Positions 45,560 to 55,433 of a stretch of 64,000 bases of DNA are shown piece after piece. The notes below the pieces were generated by a model. It did not search any database. It was given only the letters and a program-made list of their open reading frames with translations, and was not told the origin of the DNA. The stretch lies in the NCBI GenBank assembly GCA_028279245.1, contig JANQOE010000059.1, positions 236 through 64,235 of the forward strand, written 5' to 3'. A program made the position numbers and the translations under genes. This stretch comes from Alphaproteobacteria bacterium. Its GTDB lineage: Bacteria > Pseudomonadota > Alphaproteobacteria > UBA6615. Numbering within the stretch: the stretch's first letter is position 1; each line of letters starts with the position of its first letter.

Positions 45560-47851
45560 CTAGTCCCCAGCTCCGTTCGCCGCGCCACCCACAGCCTCAA
45601 GCACCTTCGGCGGCGACATCGGCAGTTCGTGCATGCGAACCCCAACGGCATGCGACACCGCATTCGCGATCGCACCAAGCGGCGGCACGATCGGTGTCTC
45701 ACCGACGCCCCGCACACCGTAGGGATGGTTCGGGTTGGGCACCTCCACAATCACCGTATCGACCATCGGCACATCCGATGCGACCGGCATCCGGTAATCC
45801 AGGAAGCCCGGGTTCTGCATCAGGCCGTCATCGCCGTAGATATACTCTTCGTTGAGCGCCCAGCCGATGCCCTGAACGGCACCGCCCTGGTATTGGCCCT
45901 CGACGTAGCTCGGATGAATGGCCTTCCCGGCATCCTGCGCCACCGTGTAGCGCAACACAGTGACTCGCCCCGTTTCCTTGTCGACCTCGACATCGACCAG
46001 GTGCGTGCCGAAGCCCGGGCCTGCACCTTGCGCATTGATACTGGCATAGCCGGTGATCGGACCACCGGTCTTGCCAGCGCTCGCCGCCAACTCCTCTAGC
46101 GAAAGCGGATCGAACTTACCGGCATTGTCGCCGGCCGGCCGCGCCTCACCATCCTCCCAGGTCACCGCTTCGGCCGGGATATCCCAGATCTTCGCGGCCC
46201 GCGCACAGAGTTCCTTGATCACCTCCTGCGCGGCCTGCACGGTGGCCATGCCGCTCGAGAAGGTGACGCGGCTGCCGCCGGTGAGGAAGGTGTAGCCCAG
46301 CGAGCTCGTGTCGCCGATGATCGGCCGGACCTTGTCATAGTCGATGCCAAGCTCCTCGGCCGCCATCTGCGACAGGGTCGCCCGCGACCCGCCAATGTCC
46401 GGCGTACCGGCCATCAGCGTCGCCGTACCGTCCTCGCTGATGTTCAGCGACACGCAGGTCTCGCCACCGATGTTGAACCAGAAACCGGAACCGACGCCCC
46501 GGCCCTGATTGGGCCCGAGCGGCGTGTTGTAGTGCTCCGACTCCTTGATCGCCTTCAGCGTGTCGATCATGCCGATCGGGCCGAACTTCGGCCCATAGGC
46601 GGCATGGGTACCTTGCTTCGCCGCGTTCTTCAGACGGAAATCGATGGGATCCATCCCGATTTCGTCAGCCACCTCGTCGATCAGACTCTCGACGGCATAC
46701 TCGGAAATCGGCGCGCCGGGCGCGCGGTAAGCCGCGACCTTCGGCCTGTTCGACACCACGTCGTAACCGACGACCCAGACATTCTCCAGATCGTAAGGTG
46801 CGAAGGCGCACATGCAGCCCGGATTAACCGGCGAACCGGGAAACGCCCCCGCCAGATAGGCCATCTCCGCTTCGCCTGCGGTAATACGGCCATCCTTGGT
46901 GGCACCGATCTTCACCCGGATCGTCGCGCCGGATGTCGGCCCCGTCGCCCGGAACACCTCGCTCCGGGTCATCACCATCTTCACCGGATGGCCGGCTTTC
47001 TTCGACAGCGCGAGGGCCAGCGGCTCCAGATACACGACCGTCTTTCCGCCGAAGCCGCCGCCAATCTCCGAGGCGGTGACGCGCAGCGCCGAGATGTCCA
47101 TCCCGATCATCCGCGCGCAGATCGCCCGCACGACGAAGTGCCCTTGGGTAGAGCACCAAAGCTCGCCCTGCCCGTCCTCCGTGACACTGGCCACGCAGGC
47201 ATGCGGCTCGATATAGCCCTGGTGAACCGGCTCGGTCTTGTAGGAGCGCTCCAGTACCACCTCGGCCTGCTCGAAGCCGACCGCCACGTCGCCCAAAGTA
47301 AACTCTATCCGCTTGGCGATATTCGACGGCTTGTCAGCCGGCGGATCGGCCCCCTCCGTGAACAGGTTGTCGTGCAGCACCGGCGCATCCGGCCGCATCG
47401 CTTCCTCGACGTCCAACACGTGGGGCAGCGGCTGGTAGTCCACCTTGATCAGCTTCAGCGCCTCGCGAGCCGCCTTCGCGCTCGTTGCCGCCACCGCGGC
47501 CACCGCATGCCCGTCATACAGCACCTTCTCGCGCGCCAGAACGTTGCGGATCAAGTCGCTGAAATTGACCGACATTTCGCCGACCGTGACGGGTTCCGGC
47601 GGCTGGTCGGGAATGTCATCCCGCGTGATAACCGCCTTGACGCCAGGCACCTTCTCGGCAGCGCTGGTGTCGATGCTCTTGATAACGGCGTGCGCATGGG
47701 GGCTTCGCAGCACCCGCCCGACCAGTTGGCCGGCCATATTGTAGTCGGCGCCGAACCGCGCCCGCCCTGTCACCTTGTCCACGCCGTCCGGCCGCACTGG
47801 CCGCTTGCCGACCCACTTCAGGTCGTGTCCTCCACCATCCATTGGCGCCAT
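45560..47851 (-). CDS. Xanthine dehydrogenase-family molybdopterin-binding large subunit (aldehyde oxidase/CO-dehydrogenase-like)
   Basis: 763 aa. N-terminal GKRPVRPDGVDKVTGRARFGADY and later GGGFGGK are typical of this family. Substrate cannot be read from sequence. Confidence 0.85.
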   Translation of the reverse strand: MAPMDGGGHDLKWVGKRPVRPDGVDKVTGRARFGADYNMAGQLVGRVLRSPHAHAVIKSIDTSAAEKVPGVKAVITRDDIPDQPPEPVTVGEMSVNFSDLIRNVLAREKVLYDGHAVAAVAATSAKAAREALKLIKVDYQPLPHVLDVEEAMRPDAPVLHDNLFTEGADPPADKPSNIAKRIEFTLGDVAVGFEQAEVVLERSYKTEPVHQGYIEPHACVASVTEDGQGELWCSTQGHFVVRAICARMIGMDISALRVTASEIGGGFGGKTVVYLEPLALALSKKAGHPVKMVMTRSEVFRATGPTSGATIRVKIGATKDGRITAGEAEMAYLAGAFPGSPVNPGCMCAFAPYDLENVWVVGYDVVSNRPKVAAYRAPGAPISEYAVESLIDEVADEIGMDPIDFRLKNAAKQGTHAAYGPKFGPIGMIDTLKAIKESEHYNTPLGPNQGRGVGSGFWFNIGGETCVSLNISEDGTATLMAGTPDIGGSRATLSQMAAEELGIDYDKVRPIIGDTSSLGYTFLTGGSRVTFSSGMATVQAAQEVIKELCARAAKIWDIPAEAVTWEDGEARPAGDNAGKFDPLSLEELAASAGKTGGPITGYASINAQGAGPGFGTHLVDVEVDKETGRVTVLRYTVAQDAGKAIHPSYVEGQYQGGAVQGIGWALNEEYIYGDDGLMQNPGFLDYRMPVASDVPMVDTVIVEVPNPNHPYGVRGVGETPIVPPLGAIANAVSHAVGVRMHELPMSPPKVLEAVGGAANGAGD

Positions 47852-47852
47852 C

Positions 47853-48329
47853 TCAGTTACCCCTCATCTCTGCCGCGGTATCCATGACCGCGCGAATGAT
47901 CTTGTCATACCCGGTACAGCGGCACAGGTTTCCAGCCAACCAATACCGTACCTCGGTCTCCGTCGGATCCGGGTTCCGGTCGAGCAGCGCCTTCGCCGCC
48001 ACCAGCACACCCGGGGTGCACACGCCGCACTGAAGCGCCGCGTGTTCGAGGAACTTCTCCTGCAACGGATGCAAGGTCTCACCGTGGGCCATGCCCTCGA
48101 TCGTCTCGACCTTACGCCCCTGGGCCTCGGCACCGAGCACTAGACAGGCACACACGAGGCGTCCATCGAGCATCACACTGCAGGCACCGCAGTCACCGGA
48201 CCCGCAGCCTTCCTTGCTGCCGGTCAGAAACAGTTGGTCGCGCAGCACGTCCAACAGGGTCTCTTCCGGCTCACAGAGGTATTCGACCTCATCGCCGTTG
48301 ATCGTTGCCGTGACGTGGCACTTACTCAT
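47853..48329 (-). CDS. (2Fe-2S)-binding small subunit of the XDH-family enzyme
   Basis: 158 aa with cluster motifs CGSGDCGACSV and CRCTGYDKI. Confidence 0.9.
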   Translation of the reverse strand: MSKCHVTATINGDEVEYLCEPEETLLDVLRDQLFLTGSKEGCGSGDCGACSVMLDGRLVCACLVLGAEAQGRKVETIEGMAHGETLHPLQEKFLEHAALQCGVCTPGVLVAAKALLDRNPDPTETEVRYWLAGNLCRCTGYDKIIRAVMDTAAEMRGN

Positions 48330-49189
48330 GCTCTTTCTCCTGCCCGAGTCTGGGCTATCTCCGCCGCACGGCGCGCCAGCACGCCCGCAACCTTGGTTCG
48401 ATAGATCTTGGTGCCGCGTTTGTCATCGATCGGCCGGCACGCCGCACTCGCCGCCTCAGCCAATTGGCTCAGCGCGGCCTCATCGAGCGTCGAGCCGACA
48501 ATGGCGTCGCCGGCCGCAGGCACCAGCAGGGCCCGCTCGGCAACCGCCCCCAAGGCAACCCGCGCGGCGGTGCACCGCCCGTCGCCGTCCAGGGTCAGAT
48601 TCACCCCGGCACCGACCACCGCAATATCCATCTCCGTCCGCGGAATGAACCGCAGATAGGCGTCGGCTGAGCGGGCCGATTGCGACGGCAGCCTGATGGA
48701 AGCAACCAGCTCACCCCGGGCCAGCGCTGTCTGGCCGGGTCCGCTCACCACATCGGCGACCGCCAAGTCTCGGCGCCCGTTTGGACCGATGATGGACGCG
48801 ACCGCGTCGGCCGCGATCAGCGCCGGCACCGTATCGGCCGCCGGCGACGCATTGCACAAGTTCCCGCCGAGCGACGCCCGGCCTTGAATCTGGGTAGAAC
48901 CGATCAGCTCAGCCGCCTCGACCACCCCAGGCCAGGCCGCCCTCAACCCGTCATGCTCACCCAACTCCGCACCAGTCACCGCCGCGCCAATCCGGAACCC
49001 GCCGTCTTCCGGGCTCACTGTCCGCAGTTCGGTGATCCTTTTCACATCAACCACGATCTCGGGTTCGATGGTTTCGGCGCGCAGTTGAACGAGCAGATCG
49101 GTCCCGCCCGCCAGTACACGCCCGTTGTCGCCGGCCTCTGCTAGCAGACCAACCGCTGCTTCGAGGGTTTGTGGCGCTTCGTATCGCAT
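48326..49189 (-). CDS. FAD-binding medium subunit of the XDH-family enzyme (CoxM-like)
   Basis: 287 aa with AGGTDLLVQLR and ASLGGNLCNASPAAD. Overlaps the small-subunit gene by 4 nt. Confidence 0.85.
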   Translation of the reverse strand: MRYEAPQTLEAAVGLLAEAGDNGRVLAGGTDLLVQLRAETIEPEIVVDVKRITELRTVSPEDGGFRIGAAVTGAELGEHDGLRAAWPGVVEAAELIGSTQIQGRASLGGNLCNASPAADTVPALIAADAVASIIGPNGRRDLAVADVVSGPGQTALARGELVASIRLPSQSARSADAYLRFIPRTEMDIAVVGAGVNLTLDGDGRCTAARVALGAVAERALLVPAAGDAIVGSTLDEAALSQLAEAASAACRPIDDKRGTKIYRTKVAGVLARRAAEIAQTRAGERA

Positions 49190-49231
49190 TATCTCTTCTT
49201 CTCCTCCGAGGATTCCAAGGCTAGCCGGTCT

Positions 49232-51238
49232 TCATGACAACAATTCCGCGCGGTCGCGGAATTGGTCCAGCGCCTCAGGATTGGCAAGCGCTTCCTTGTT
49301 CTTGATCGGGCGGGAGTGGACCACGTCACGGACGGCAAGCTCGACGATCTTACCAGATTTTGTCCGTGGAATGTCACTGACTTGTATCACCTTTGCCGGG
49401 ACGTGCCGTGGCGTGCAGGTGGCTCGGATGTGCCGCTTGATACGGTCGACCAGTTCATCGTCCAACGCCAATCCGTCGCGCAGGCGCACGAACAGCACAA
49501 CGCGCACATCGTTATCCCAGTCCTGGCCGATAACAATGCTCTCAATCACCTCTTCCAGTTGCTCGACCTGGCGATAGATCTCGGCCGTCCCAATCCGCAC
49601 CCCGCCCGGGTTCAGGACCGCATCCGACCGGCCGAACATGACGATACCGCCATGCTCGGTCTGCTCGACATAGTCCCCGTGGCACCAAATGTTGTCGTAC
49701 CGCTCGAAGTAGGCAGCGCGGTAACGGCTGCCGTCTTTATCCCGCCAGAAGCCAAGCGGCATCGACGGGAACGGTTTTACACAGACAAGCTCGCCCTTGT
49801 CGCCCTGCACACTTCGCCCGTTATCGTCGAAGACGTCCACGGCCATACCCAGACCTTTCGCCTGGATCTCGCCGCGCCAAACTGAACCGGTGGGATTGCC
49901 GAGCATGAAACAGGACACGATATCGGTCCCGCCGGAGATGGAGGCAAGCTGAACGTCCGTTTTGATATTCTCATAGACGTAGTCGAAGCTCTCGGGCACG
50001 AGCGGCGAACCCGTTGAGCAAATCGTCCGCACCGTCGACAGGTCGTGGGTCTCCCGCGGACTTAGCTCGGCCTTCTTGATCGCATCGATCCATTTCGCCG
50101 AGGTGCCGAACAGTGTCACCTTCTCAGCAACGGCATAGTCGAAAAGTACGTTGCCATCGGGGTGAAACGGCGATCCGTCGTACAGGATGAGGGTCGCCTC
50201 GGCGGCCAGGGCCGTCACCAGCCAGTTCCACATCATCCACCCGCAGGTGGTGAAGTAAAACACCCGGTCTCCGGCGTGTACGTCGCTGTGCAGCATCAGC
50301 TCCTTGACGTGCTGCAGCAGCACCCCGCCCGCCCGATGCACGATACATTTCGGTGCACCGGTCGTGCCGGAGGAGAACAGAATGAACAGCGGATGATCGA
50401 ACGGCAGCCGGTTGAAACTCAGTTCCGCCGCCGATTGCTCCGCTAGGGCATCATCCCAAAGACTGGCCTTGGGTACGCCGGACAGAACAGGGCGATCGTA
50501 CGCGTACGGAACGACAAGCGTGCGTTCCAGCGATGGCAGCGCCGCCGCGACCTCCACCGCCTTGCCAAGCGTGTCGTGGATCTTGCCGCCGTAAAAGTAG
50601 CCGTCGCAGGTGATCAGCACCTTGGGTTCGATCTGCCCGAACCGGTCTAGCACGCCCTGTACGCCGAAATCGGGCGACGCTGACGACCAGACCGCCCCGA
50701 TCGACGTGGCCGCGAGCATGCCGATAACCGTCTCCGGCATGTTGGGCAGGTAGCCGGCAACTCGATCACCCTCCCCCACCCCGATTGCGCGCAGGGCCCC
50801 GGCACAACGCGCCACCTGGGTCCGAAGCTCATCGCGGCTCAGCCGCCGCCGGATCCGATCCTCGCCCCAGAAGACGATGGCATCCTCCGGCCCCTCTGCC
50901 CGCAGCAGGTTCTCCGCATAGTTCAGCCGGGCCTCGGGAAAGAACCGCGCACCGGGCATCCTGTCGCCGTCCACCAGGTAGGGGGCATTCCCGGCCGAAC
51001 CGACTATACCTGCCTCATCCCACACGCTGAGCCAGAACTTCTCCGGCTCGGCCACGGAAAACGCGTGCAGCGCGTCATAGTCGGGCAGCTGGTGGCCCCA
51101 GCGCGCCTCACAGCGCCGCCGAAAACCGGTCAGCCGGGCGGCCTCGACCCGTTCCGTCGATGGTGTCCAAAGCGGTCGCACGATCCCTCCCTTGGGTCGG
51201 CGCGCATGGTAGACCAGACAGGCTCCCAAGTGCATCAT
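49232..51238 (-). CDS. Acetoacetate-CoA ligase (acetoacetyl-CoA synthetase)
   Basis: PLWTPS...[17 protein letters not shown]-terminal signature and AMP-binding motif [10 protein letters not shown]. Start is uncertain: ATG 51238/51235 gives about 668 aa, and GTG 51181 is also possible. The track start at 51616 adds ~125 Arg/Pro-rich residues crossing the divergent usp gene. Confidence 0.8.
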   Translation of the reverse strand: MMHLGACLVYHARRPKGGIVRPLWTPSTERVEAARLTGFRRRCEARWGHQLPDYDALHAFSVAEPEKFWLSVWDEAGIVGSAGNAPYLVDGDRMPGARFFPEARLNYAENLLRAEGPEDAIVFWGEDRIRRRLSRDELRTQVARCAGALRAIGVGEGDRVAGYLPNMPETVIGMLAATSIGAVWSSASPDFGVQGVLDRFGQIEPKVLITCDGYFYGGKIHDTLGKAVEVAAALPSLERTLVVPYAYDRPVLSGVPKASLWDDALAEQSAAELSFNRLPFDHPLFILFSSGTTGAPKCIVHRAGGVLLQHVKELMLHSDVHAGDRVFYFTTCGWMMWNWLVTALAAEATLILYDGSPFHPDGNVLFDYAVAEKVTLFGTSAKWIDAIKKAELSPRETHDLSTVRTICSTGSPLVPESFDYVYENIKTDVQLASISGGTDIVSCFMLGNPTGSVWRGEIQAKGLGMAVDVFDDNGRSVQGDKGELVCVKPFPSMPLGFWRDKDGSRYRAAYFERYDNIWCHGDYVEQTEHGGIVMFGRSDAVLNPGGVRIGTAEIYRQVEQLEEVIESIVIGQDWDNDVRVVLFVRLRDGLALDDELVDRIKRHIRATCTPRHVPAKVIQVSDIPRTKSGKIVELAVRDVVHSRPIKNKEALANPEALDQFRDRAELLS

Positions 51239-51300
51239 CCGGCCTTCCCGAACGTCCCCCGATCGCACTAAAGTCCCAGCAAGCGCTTCGAGGTAGGCCC

Positions 51301-52152
51301 ATGAAAAATCTGTTGGTCGCGGTCGAGCAGAGCCGCGCATTGCCCTCTGTTTTTGAGACGGCGCATGTCGTTGCCCAAACCTTCGATAGCTACATCGAAG
51401 GCTTCTATCTCCTGCCGGCCATCGACGTGCTGCTGGGTGCGGAGGGGATGGGTGCCGCGCTGTCAGCGGCGGAAAGTGTCGAACGCGAGACCCGCCAGCG
51501 CAGCGAAGATGCGCGCCAACGTTTCCTGAACTTCGTCCAGAGCCGCAAGATCCCGCTATCCGGCCCCAGCGCCGACGGTAAAGGCATCTCGGCGGGCTGG
51601 CACCTTGAGGAGGCACCCGGCGAGGGTCCGATCGGCAGCCGTGGCCGCCTCTTCGACCTGATCATCGTCGGCCGGCCGATCGACGGAGAACCCACCCCCA
51701 CGGTCTCCATGCTGGAAACCGCTCTATTTGACTCCGGCCGGCCCGTCCTGCTGGCCCCGCCGACTGCCCCGCGGGAGATCGGCAAGACCATCGTCATCGC
51801 CTGGAACGGCAGCACCGAAAGCGCCCGAACGGTCGCGCTGGCCATGCCGTTACTGACCCGCGCCGATACCGTCCGTGTCCTGACGATTGATGGCGGCACC
51901 GTGCCAGGGCCGGGCCCAGACGATCTGGCCAAGATGCTGCAGCGTCACGGCATCCAAGCAACCGCCGTCACCGCCGCCGCAAAAGCCAGCCAAACCGTCG
52001 GCGAGGCCATCCTCGCCGAAACAACCGCCCTCGGCGCCGACCTGCTGGTGAAGGGCGCCTATACCCATAGCCGCCTGCGACAAATGATCTTCGGCGGCGC
52101 CACCCGGCACCTGATCTACAACGCCGAGATACCCGTGCTAATGGCGAACTAG
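51301..52152 (+). CDS. Universal stress protein (tandem Usp domains)
   Basis: 283 aa from ATG 51301 ([11 protein letters not shown]). The second domain ends with [27 protein letters not shown]. Confidence 0.8.
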   Translation: MKNLLVAVEQSRALPSVFETAHVVAQTFDSYIEGFYLLPAIDVLLGAEGMGAALSAAESVERETRQRSEDARQRFLNFVQSRKIPLSGPSADGKGISAGWHLEEAPGEGPIGSRGRLFDLIIVGRPIDGEPTPTVSMLETALFDSGRPVLLAPPTAPREIGKTIVIAWNGSTESARTVALAMPLLTRADTVRVLTIDGGTVPGPGPDDLAKMLQRHGIQATAVTAAAKASQTVGEAILAETTALGADLLVKGAYTHSRLRQMIFGGATRHLIYNAEIPVLMAN

Positions 52153-52836
52153 TTCCGGCACGTAACGGGCGTAATCGCCAATCAGCAGCCGATACGGCGC
52201 CTCATCTTCCTCGATCTCCGGAAATCGGCCCACAGGCTCGTGAAAGCGGTTGTCGTTGGCATCATCGTTAACGACCGAAACCTCACCAAACATGCAAGAG
52301 CCGCCGATCGACGAGATCCGATGATAGTGCCAGGGTTCGAGCGTCACACTTTCACCGTGATCCAAGGTAACCGTTGATCCCGCGGGCAGGGTACGGCGAA
52401 CACCGTCCTGCGAGATGACGATTTCGGTATCGCGATAGGACCCGTCTTCGCCGGCATTGTGAAGTTCAATTGCCAGCTTCCCGCCACCCCGGGCGATGAT
52501 GTCTTCGACTTTCACGAAGTGATGATGCGACGGACAGATCTGACCCTCGGCGATGAGCGCCAGTTTCTCGCAATAGATCTTCCCTTGCACACTGCGCAGA
52601 TTCTCCAACGCCCCGTTCCGGATCGTGAAGAGCACCAGCCCGCATGCGGCAAAGTCTCCCTGGCCAAAGTCGGTGATGTCCCAACCCAGGTTGTGATGGA
52701 CGATCTCGGCGGCTTCGGACCCGACCGCCCCCCAGTCCTCCACCGTCCACCGCGAAAACGGCGGCAGCATGAAGTTCTGCGCCGCAAAGAAGGCCTCGGC
52801 ATCCCGGACAATGCGATTAATTTCTGAGCGTTGCAT
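52138..52836 (-). CDS. D-lyxose/D-mannose-type sugar isomerase (cupin)
   Basis: ATG 52836 is preceded by GGGAGGAG. Has MQRSEINRIVRDAEAFFAAQNFMLPPF, LGWDITDFGQGDF and HHHFVKVEDIIARGGG. Convergent 15-nt overlap with usp. Confidence 0.75.
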   Translation of the reverse strand: MQRSEINRIVRDAEAFFAAQNFMLPPFSRWTVEDWGAVGSEAAEIVHHNLGWDITDFGQGDFAACGLVLFTIRNGALENLRSVQGKIYCEKLALIAEGQICPSHHHFVKVEDIIARGGGKLAIELHNAGEDGSYRDTEIVISQDGVRRTLPAGSTVTLDHGESVTLEPWHYHRISSIGGSCMFGEVSVVNDDANDNRFHEPVGRFPEIEEDEAPYRLLIGDYARYVPELVRH

Positions 52837-52847
52837 ATCTCCTCCCT

Positions 52848-53090
52848 TCAGCGGTGATCGTAGAGCCAGGCCTTGGCTGCCCGTTCCAGCGCGAGCCTGC
52901 ACGCCCCCTCGCTATCGAAACTGCCGGACACCAAATGGTCGAGATTCTTCTCGACAGTCGAGCCGGACTTGCCGGTACGCCCCCACATTTCATTGCGGAC
53001 CCAGGCGCCGTTCTCTCGCTGTTTCCAGCTAAAATGAACCTCGCCTCGCCCGGCCGCTAGTTTCCCGTATCGTTTCGCCATCGTTCCCAT
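52848..53090 (-). CDS. Small stand-alone WGR-domain-like protein
   Basis: 80 aa containing the W-G-R signature in NEMWGRTGKSGST, followed by a helix (ACRLALERAAKAWL). The domain call is by pattern only. Confidence 0.5.
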   Translation of the reverse strand: MGTMAKRYGKLAAGRGEVHFSWKQRENGAWVRNEMWGRTGKSGSTVEKNLDHLVSGSFDSEGACRLALERAAKAWLYDHR

Positions 53091-53188
53091 GGCAACAGTT
53101 CTCCACAGTCAAGCACTGGAAAACGGTATTCGACAACTGAGTCCGAAAACGGCCAGACCGAGCACGCACAAGCTGGCACAATCAGATC

Positions 53189-54637
53189 ATGCCGCTTGAC
53201 CAGGACGTCTGCTACGCTGCCCTCAAAGCCCGCGACCGCCGGTTCGACGGGCGCTTCTACATCTGCGTAGCATCGACCGGCATCTACTGCCGGCCGATCT
53301 GCCCGGTGCCACCGCCCAAGCGCGAGCATTGCACTTTCCTGCCCAGCGCAGCCGCCGCCCATGCGGCTGGCTACCGACCCTGTCTACGTTGCCGTCCGGA
53401 GGTCGCGCCGGGGATCGCCGGGTGGCGCGGCACAGCCAACACGGTGTCCCGCGCCCTGGCGCTGATCGCCGAAGGCGTGATGGAACAAGACAGCGTCGAA
53501 CAGTTGAGCGACCGGCTTGGCGTCGGCAGCCGTCACCTTCGACGGTTGTTTGTCGAACATGTCGGTGCGACGCCGACCGCGGTTGTCCAGGCCCATCGCC
53601 TGCTGATGGCGAAACGGCTGATCAGCGACACAAACCTGCCCATGACGGACGTCGCCCATGCGGCCGGCTTCCGCAGCGTCCGGCGCTTCAACGACGTCAT
53701 CAGCCAAGCCTACAAGCGGCCACCCCGAGAACTCCGGCGCAACGGCCCAGCGGAGCGGTCGGATGATGGTGTGATCCGCCTTCGCCTCCCCTACACGCCA
53801 CCCTACAACTGGGCCGCAATCCGGCGGTTCCTCGCTACCAGGGCAGTTCCCGGCATCGAGGCCGTTTCGGCCACCCACTATCGGCGCACCATCAGTGTAG
53901 ACGGCGCAGTCGGCACCCTCAGCGTGTCCCTCGACCAGACCCGTCACCGCCTGCTGGCGGACATCTCCTTGTCGCGGATCCGCGCCCTCGCCGGTGTTGT
54001 TGCTCGTATTAGGCGCCTATTCGACCTAGATGCCCACACGGCGGTCATCGAGCAGCACCTTGCGGACGATCCGATCCTTCACGATACCGTGGCGGCCCAA
54101 CCGGGCCTGCGGGTACCCGGCGCTTGGGACAGTTTCGAACTCGCGGTGCGGGCGATCCTCGGTCAACAGGTCAGTGTGGCCGGCGCCCGAACACTGGCAA
54201 GCCGCCTCGTGGAAACCTTCGGCGATCCCGTTCGGACACCGGTCGATACTCTGACCCGGCTGTTTCCGGAACCGGCACGGCTCGCCGACGCCGACCTGAC
54301 GGTCATCGGCATCCCGCGGAACCGGGCAAAAGCTCTCAGCGCAGTGTCAGCGGCCGTCGTCGCAGATCCCGACCTGCTGCGTCCCTACGGCACTCTGGAA
54401 GAAGCCGAGGCACGCCTGTGCGCCGTTCCGGGCATCGGTCCCTGGACGGCGCAGTACATTTCGATGCGGGCGCTCGCTATGCCCGATGCCCTGCCAACAG
54501 GCGACATCGGACTGCTTCGCGCTATGGCAACCGACGGCAAACGCCCAACCCCGCCGCAACTGCAGACGATGGCGGAACGCTGGCGGCCCTGGCGCGCCTA
54601 TGCATGCTTGCACCTCTGGACCAAGGACAGCGCATGA
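53189..54637 (+). CDS. Ada-like regulator fused to AlkA (Ada Zn-domain + AraC HTH + DNA-3-methyladenine glycosylase II)
   Basis: N-terminal Zn/methyl-acceptor region FYICVASTGIYCRPICP...YRPCLRCRP, an AraC-type HTH (TDVAHAAGFRSVRRFN) and a C-terminal HhH-GPD glycosylase region (VPGIGPWTAQYISMRAL). Confidence 0.85.
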   Translation: MPLDQDVCYAALKARDRRFDGRFYICVASTGIYCRPICPVPPPKREHCTFLPSAAAAHAAGYRPCLRCRPEVAPGIAGWRGTANTVSRALALIAEGVMEQDSVEQLSDRLGVGSRHLRRLFVEHVGATPTAVVQAHRLLMAKRLISDTNLPMTDVAHAAGFRSVRRFNDVISQAYKRPPRELRRNGPAERSDDGVIRLRLPYTPPYNWAAIRRFLATRAVPGIEAVSATHYRRTISVDGAVGTLSVSLDQTRHRLLADISLSRIRALAGVVARIRRLFDLDAHTAVIEQHLADDPILHDTVAAQPGLRVPGAWDSFELAVRAILGQQVSVAGARTLASRLVETFGDPVRTPVDTLTRLFPEPARLADADLTVIGIPRNRAKALSAVSAAVVADPDLLRPYGTLEEAEARLCAVPGIGPWTAQYISMRALAMPDALPTGDIGLLRAMATDGKRPTPPQLQTMAERWRPWRAYACLHLWTKDSA

Positions 54638-55191
54638 AGCTGCTGATCGACGATCTCGGGTCACCAGTCGGTACCATCGCCATCGTCTCCGACGGCCAGA
54701 ACCTCTGCGCAGTGGATTTCCGTGGCTTCGATGACCGCATGATGGGATTCCTCCGCAAACGGTTCGAGGGAGAGGTCGAGGTTGAGCAAGTCCGCGATCC
54801 GCAAGGTTTCACAACTGCCCTGCAACGCTATTTCGACGGCGATTTCGCAGCCGTCGACGACCTACCGGTCGCACCGGGCGGCACGCCATTTCAGCAGCGG
54901 GTTTGGGCGGCGCTACGAGAGATCCCGTCGGGAACCACCAAGACCTACGGCCAGCTTGCGGCCGATCTTGGCAACCCGGCAGCCAGCCGCGCCGTCGGCC
55001 TCGCCAACTCCCTCAACCCGATTGCCATCGTCGTGCCCTGTCATCGAGTGATTGGCGCAAACGGCACCCTCACCGGGTATGCCGGCGGCTTGGAACGCAA
55101 GGAATGGCTACTCGGACATGAAGGCGCGCGCTCAACCACCACCAACAAGCAGCAGATGACTCTCTCGTTTGCGCAGGGCCAATTGGAATAA
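54634..55191 (+). CDS. ogt: Methylated-DNA-protein-cysteine methyltransferase
   Basis: ATG 54634 overlaps the upstream stop (ATGA). Active site IVVPCHRVIG. The track start at 54124 lies inside the upstream gene. Confidence 0.9.
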   Translation: MKLLIDDLGSPVGTIAIVSDGQNLCAVDFRGFDDRMMGFLRKRFEGEVEVEQVRDPQGFTTALQRYFDGDFAAVDDLPVAPGGTPFQQRVWAALREIPSGTTKTYGQLAADLGNPAASRAVGLANSLNPIAIVVPCHRVIGANGTLTGYAGGLERKEWLLGHEGARSTTTNKQQMTLSFAQGQLE

Positions 55192-55266
55192 ACCGTACCA
55201 AGGTCCGTCCTTATAGTGCGCCGACCGAGTGGCGGCGGAAGGCCCAGTATGGGAGGAGATCGCGCC

Positions 55267-55374
55267 ATGACGGAACGAAACGCTGTGCTGATCGGCCACA
55301 TGATGGCGGCCCTGTCCGGGGCCCTGATTGGACTGTTCGTCGGTTACGGGCTCGCTGCTGGCCTCATCGGCTAG
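55267..55374 (+). CDS. Candidate 35-aa glycine-zipper small membrane protein (below the ORF-track length cut-off)
   Basis: ATG 55267 lies 8 nt after a strong SD (GGGAGGAG, 55251-55258). Translation is MTERNAVLIGHMMAALSGALIGLFVGYGLAAGLIG with stop TAG 55372-55374. It is 75 nt downstream of ogt on the same strand. Confidence 0.4.
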   Translation: MTERNAVLIGHMMAALSGALIGLFVGYGLAAGLIG

Positions 55375-55433
55375 CTGGCGCAGGGGGCACGGCCACGCCG
55401 ACAGCACGCCCCGTTCGCGGCTCCTCCCAACAT

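Noticed and set aside
46532-47887. 451-aa plus-strand ORF over the Mo-subunit gene
   Set aside because: It is antisense to the XDH-family large subunit, with Arg/His/Pro-rich shadow-ORF composition.
51239-51616. N-terminal ~125-aa extension of the acetoacetyl-CoA synthetase ORF
   Set aside because: The extension is Arg/Pro/Ser-rich and runs across the start of the divergent usp gene (51301). The conserved PLWTPS N-terminal signature begins only after ATG 51238/51235, so the long version is an open-frame artefact.
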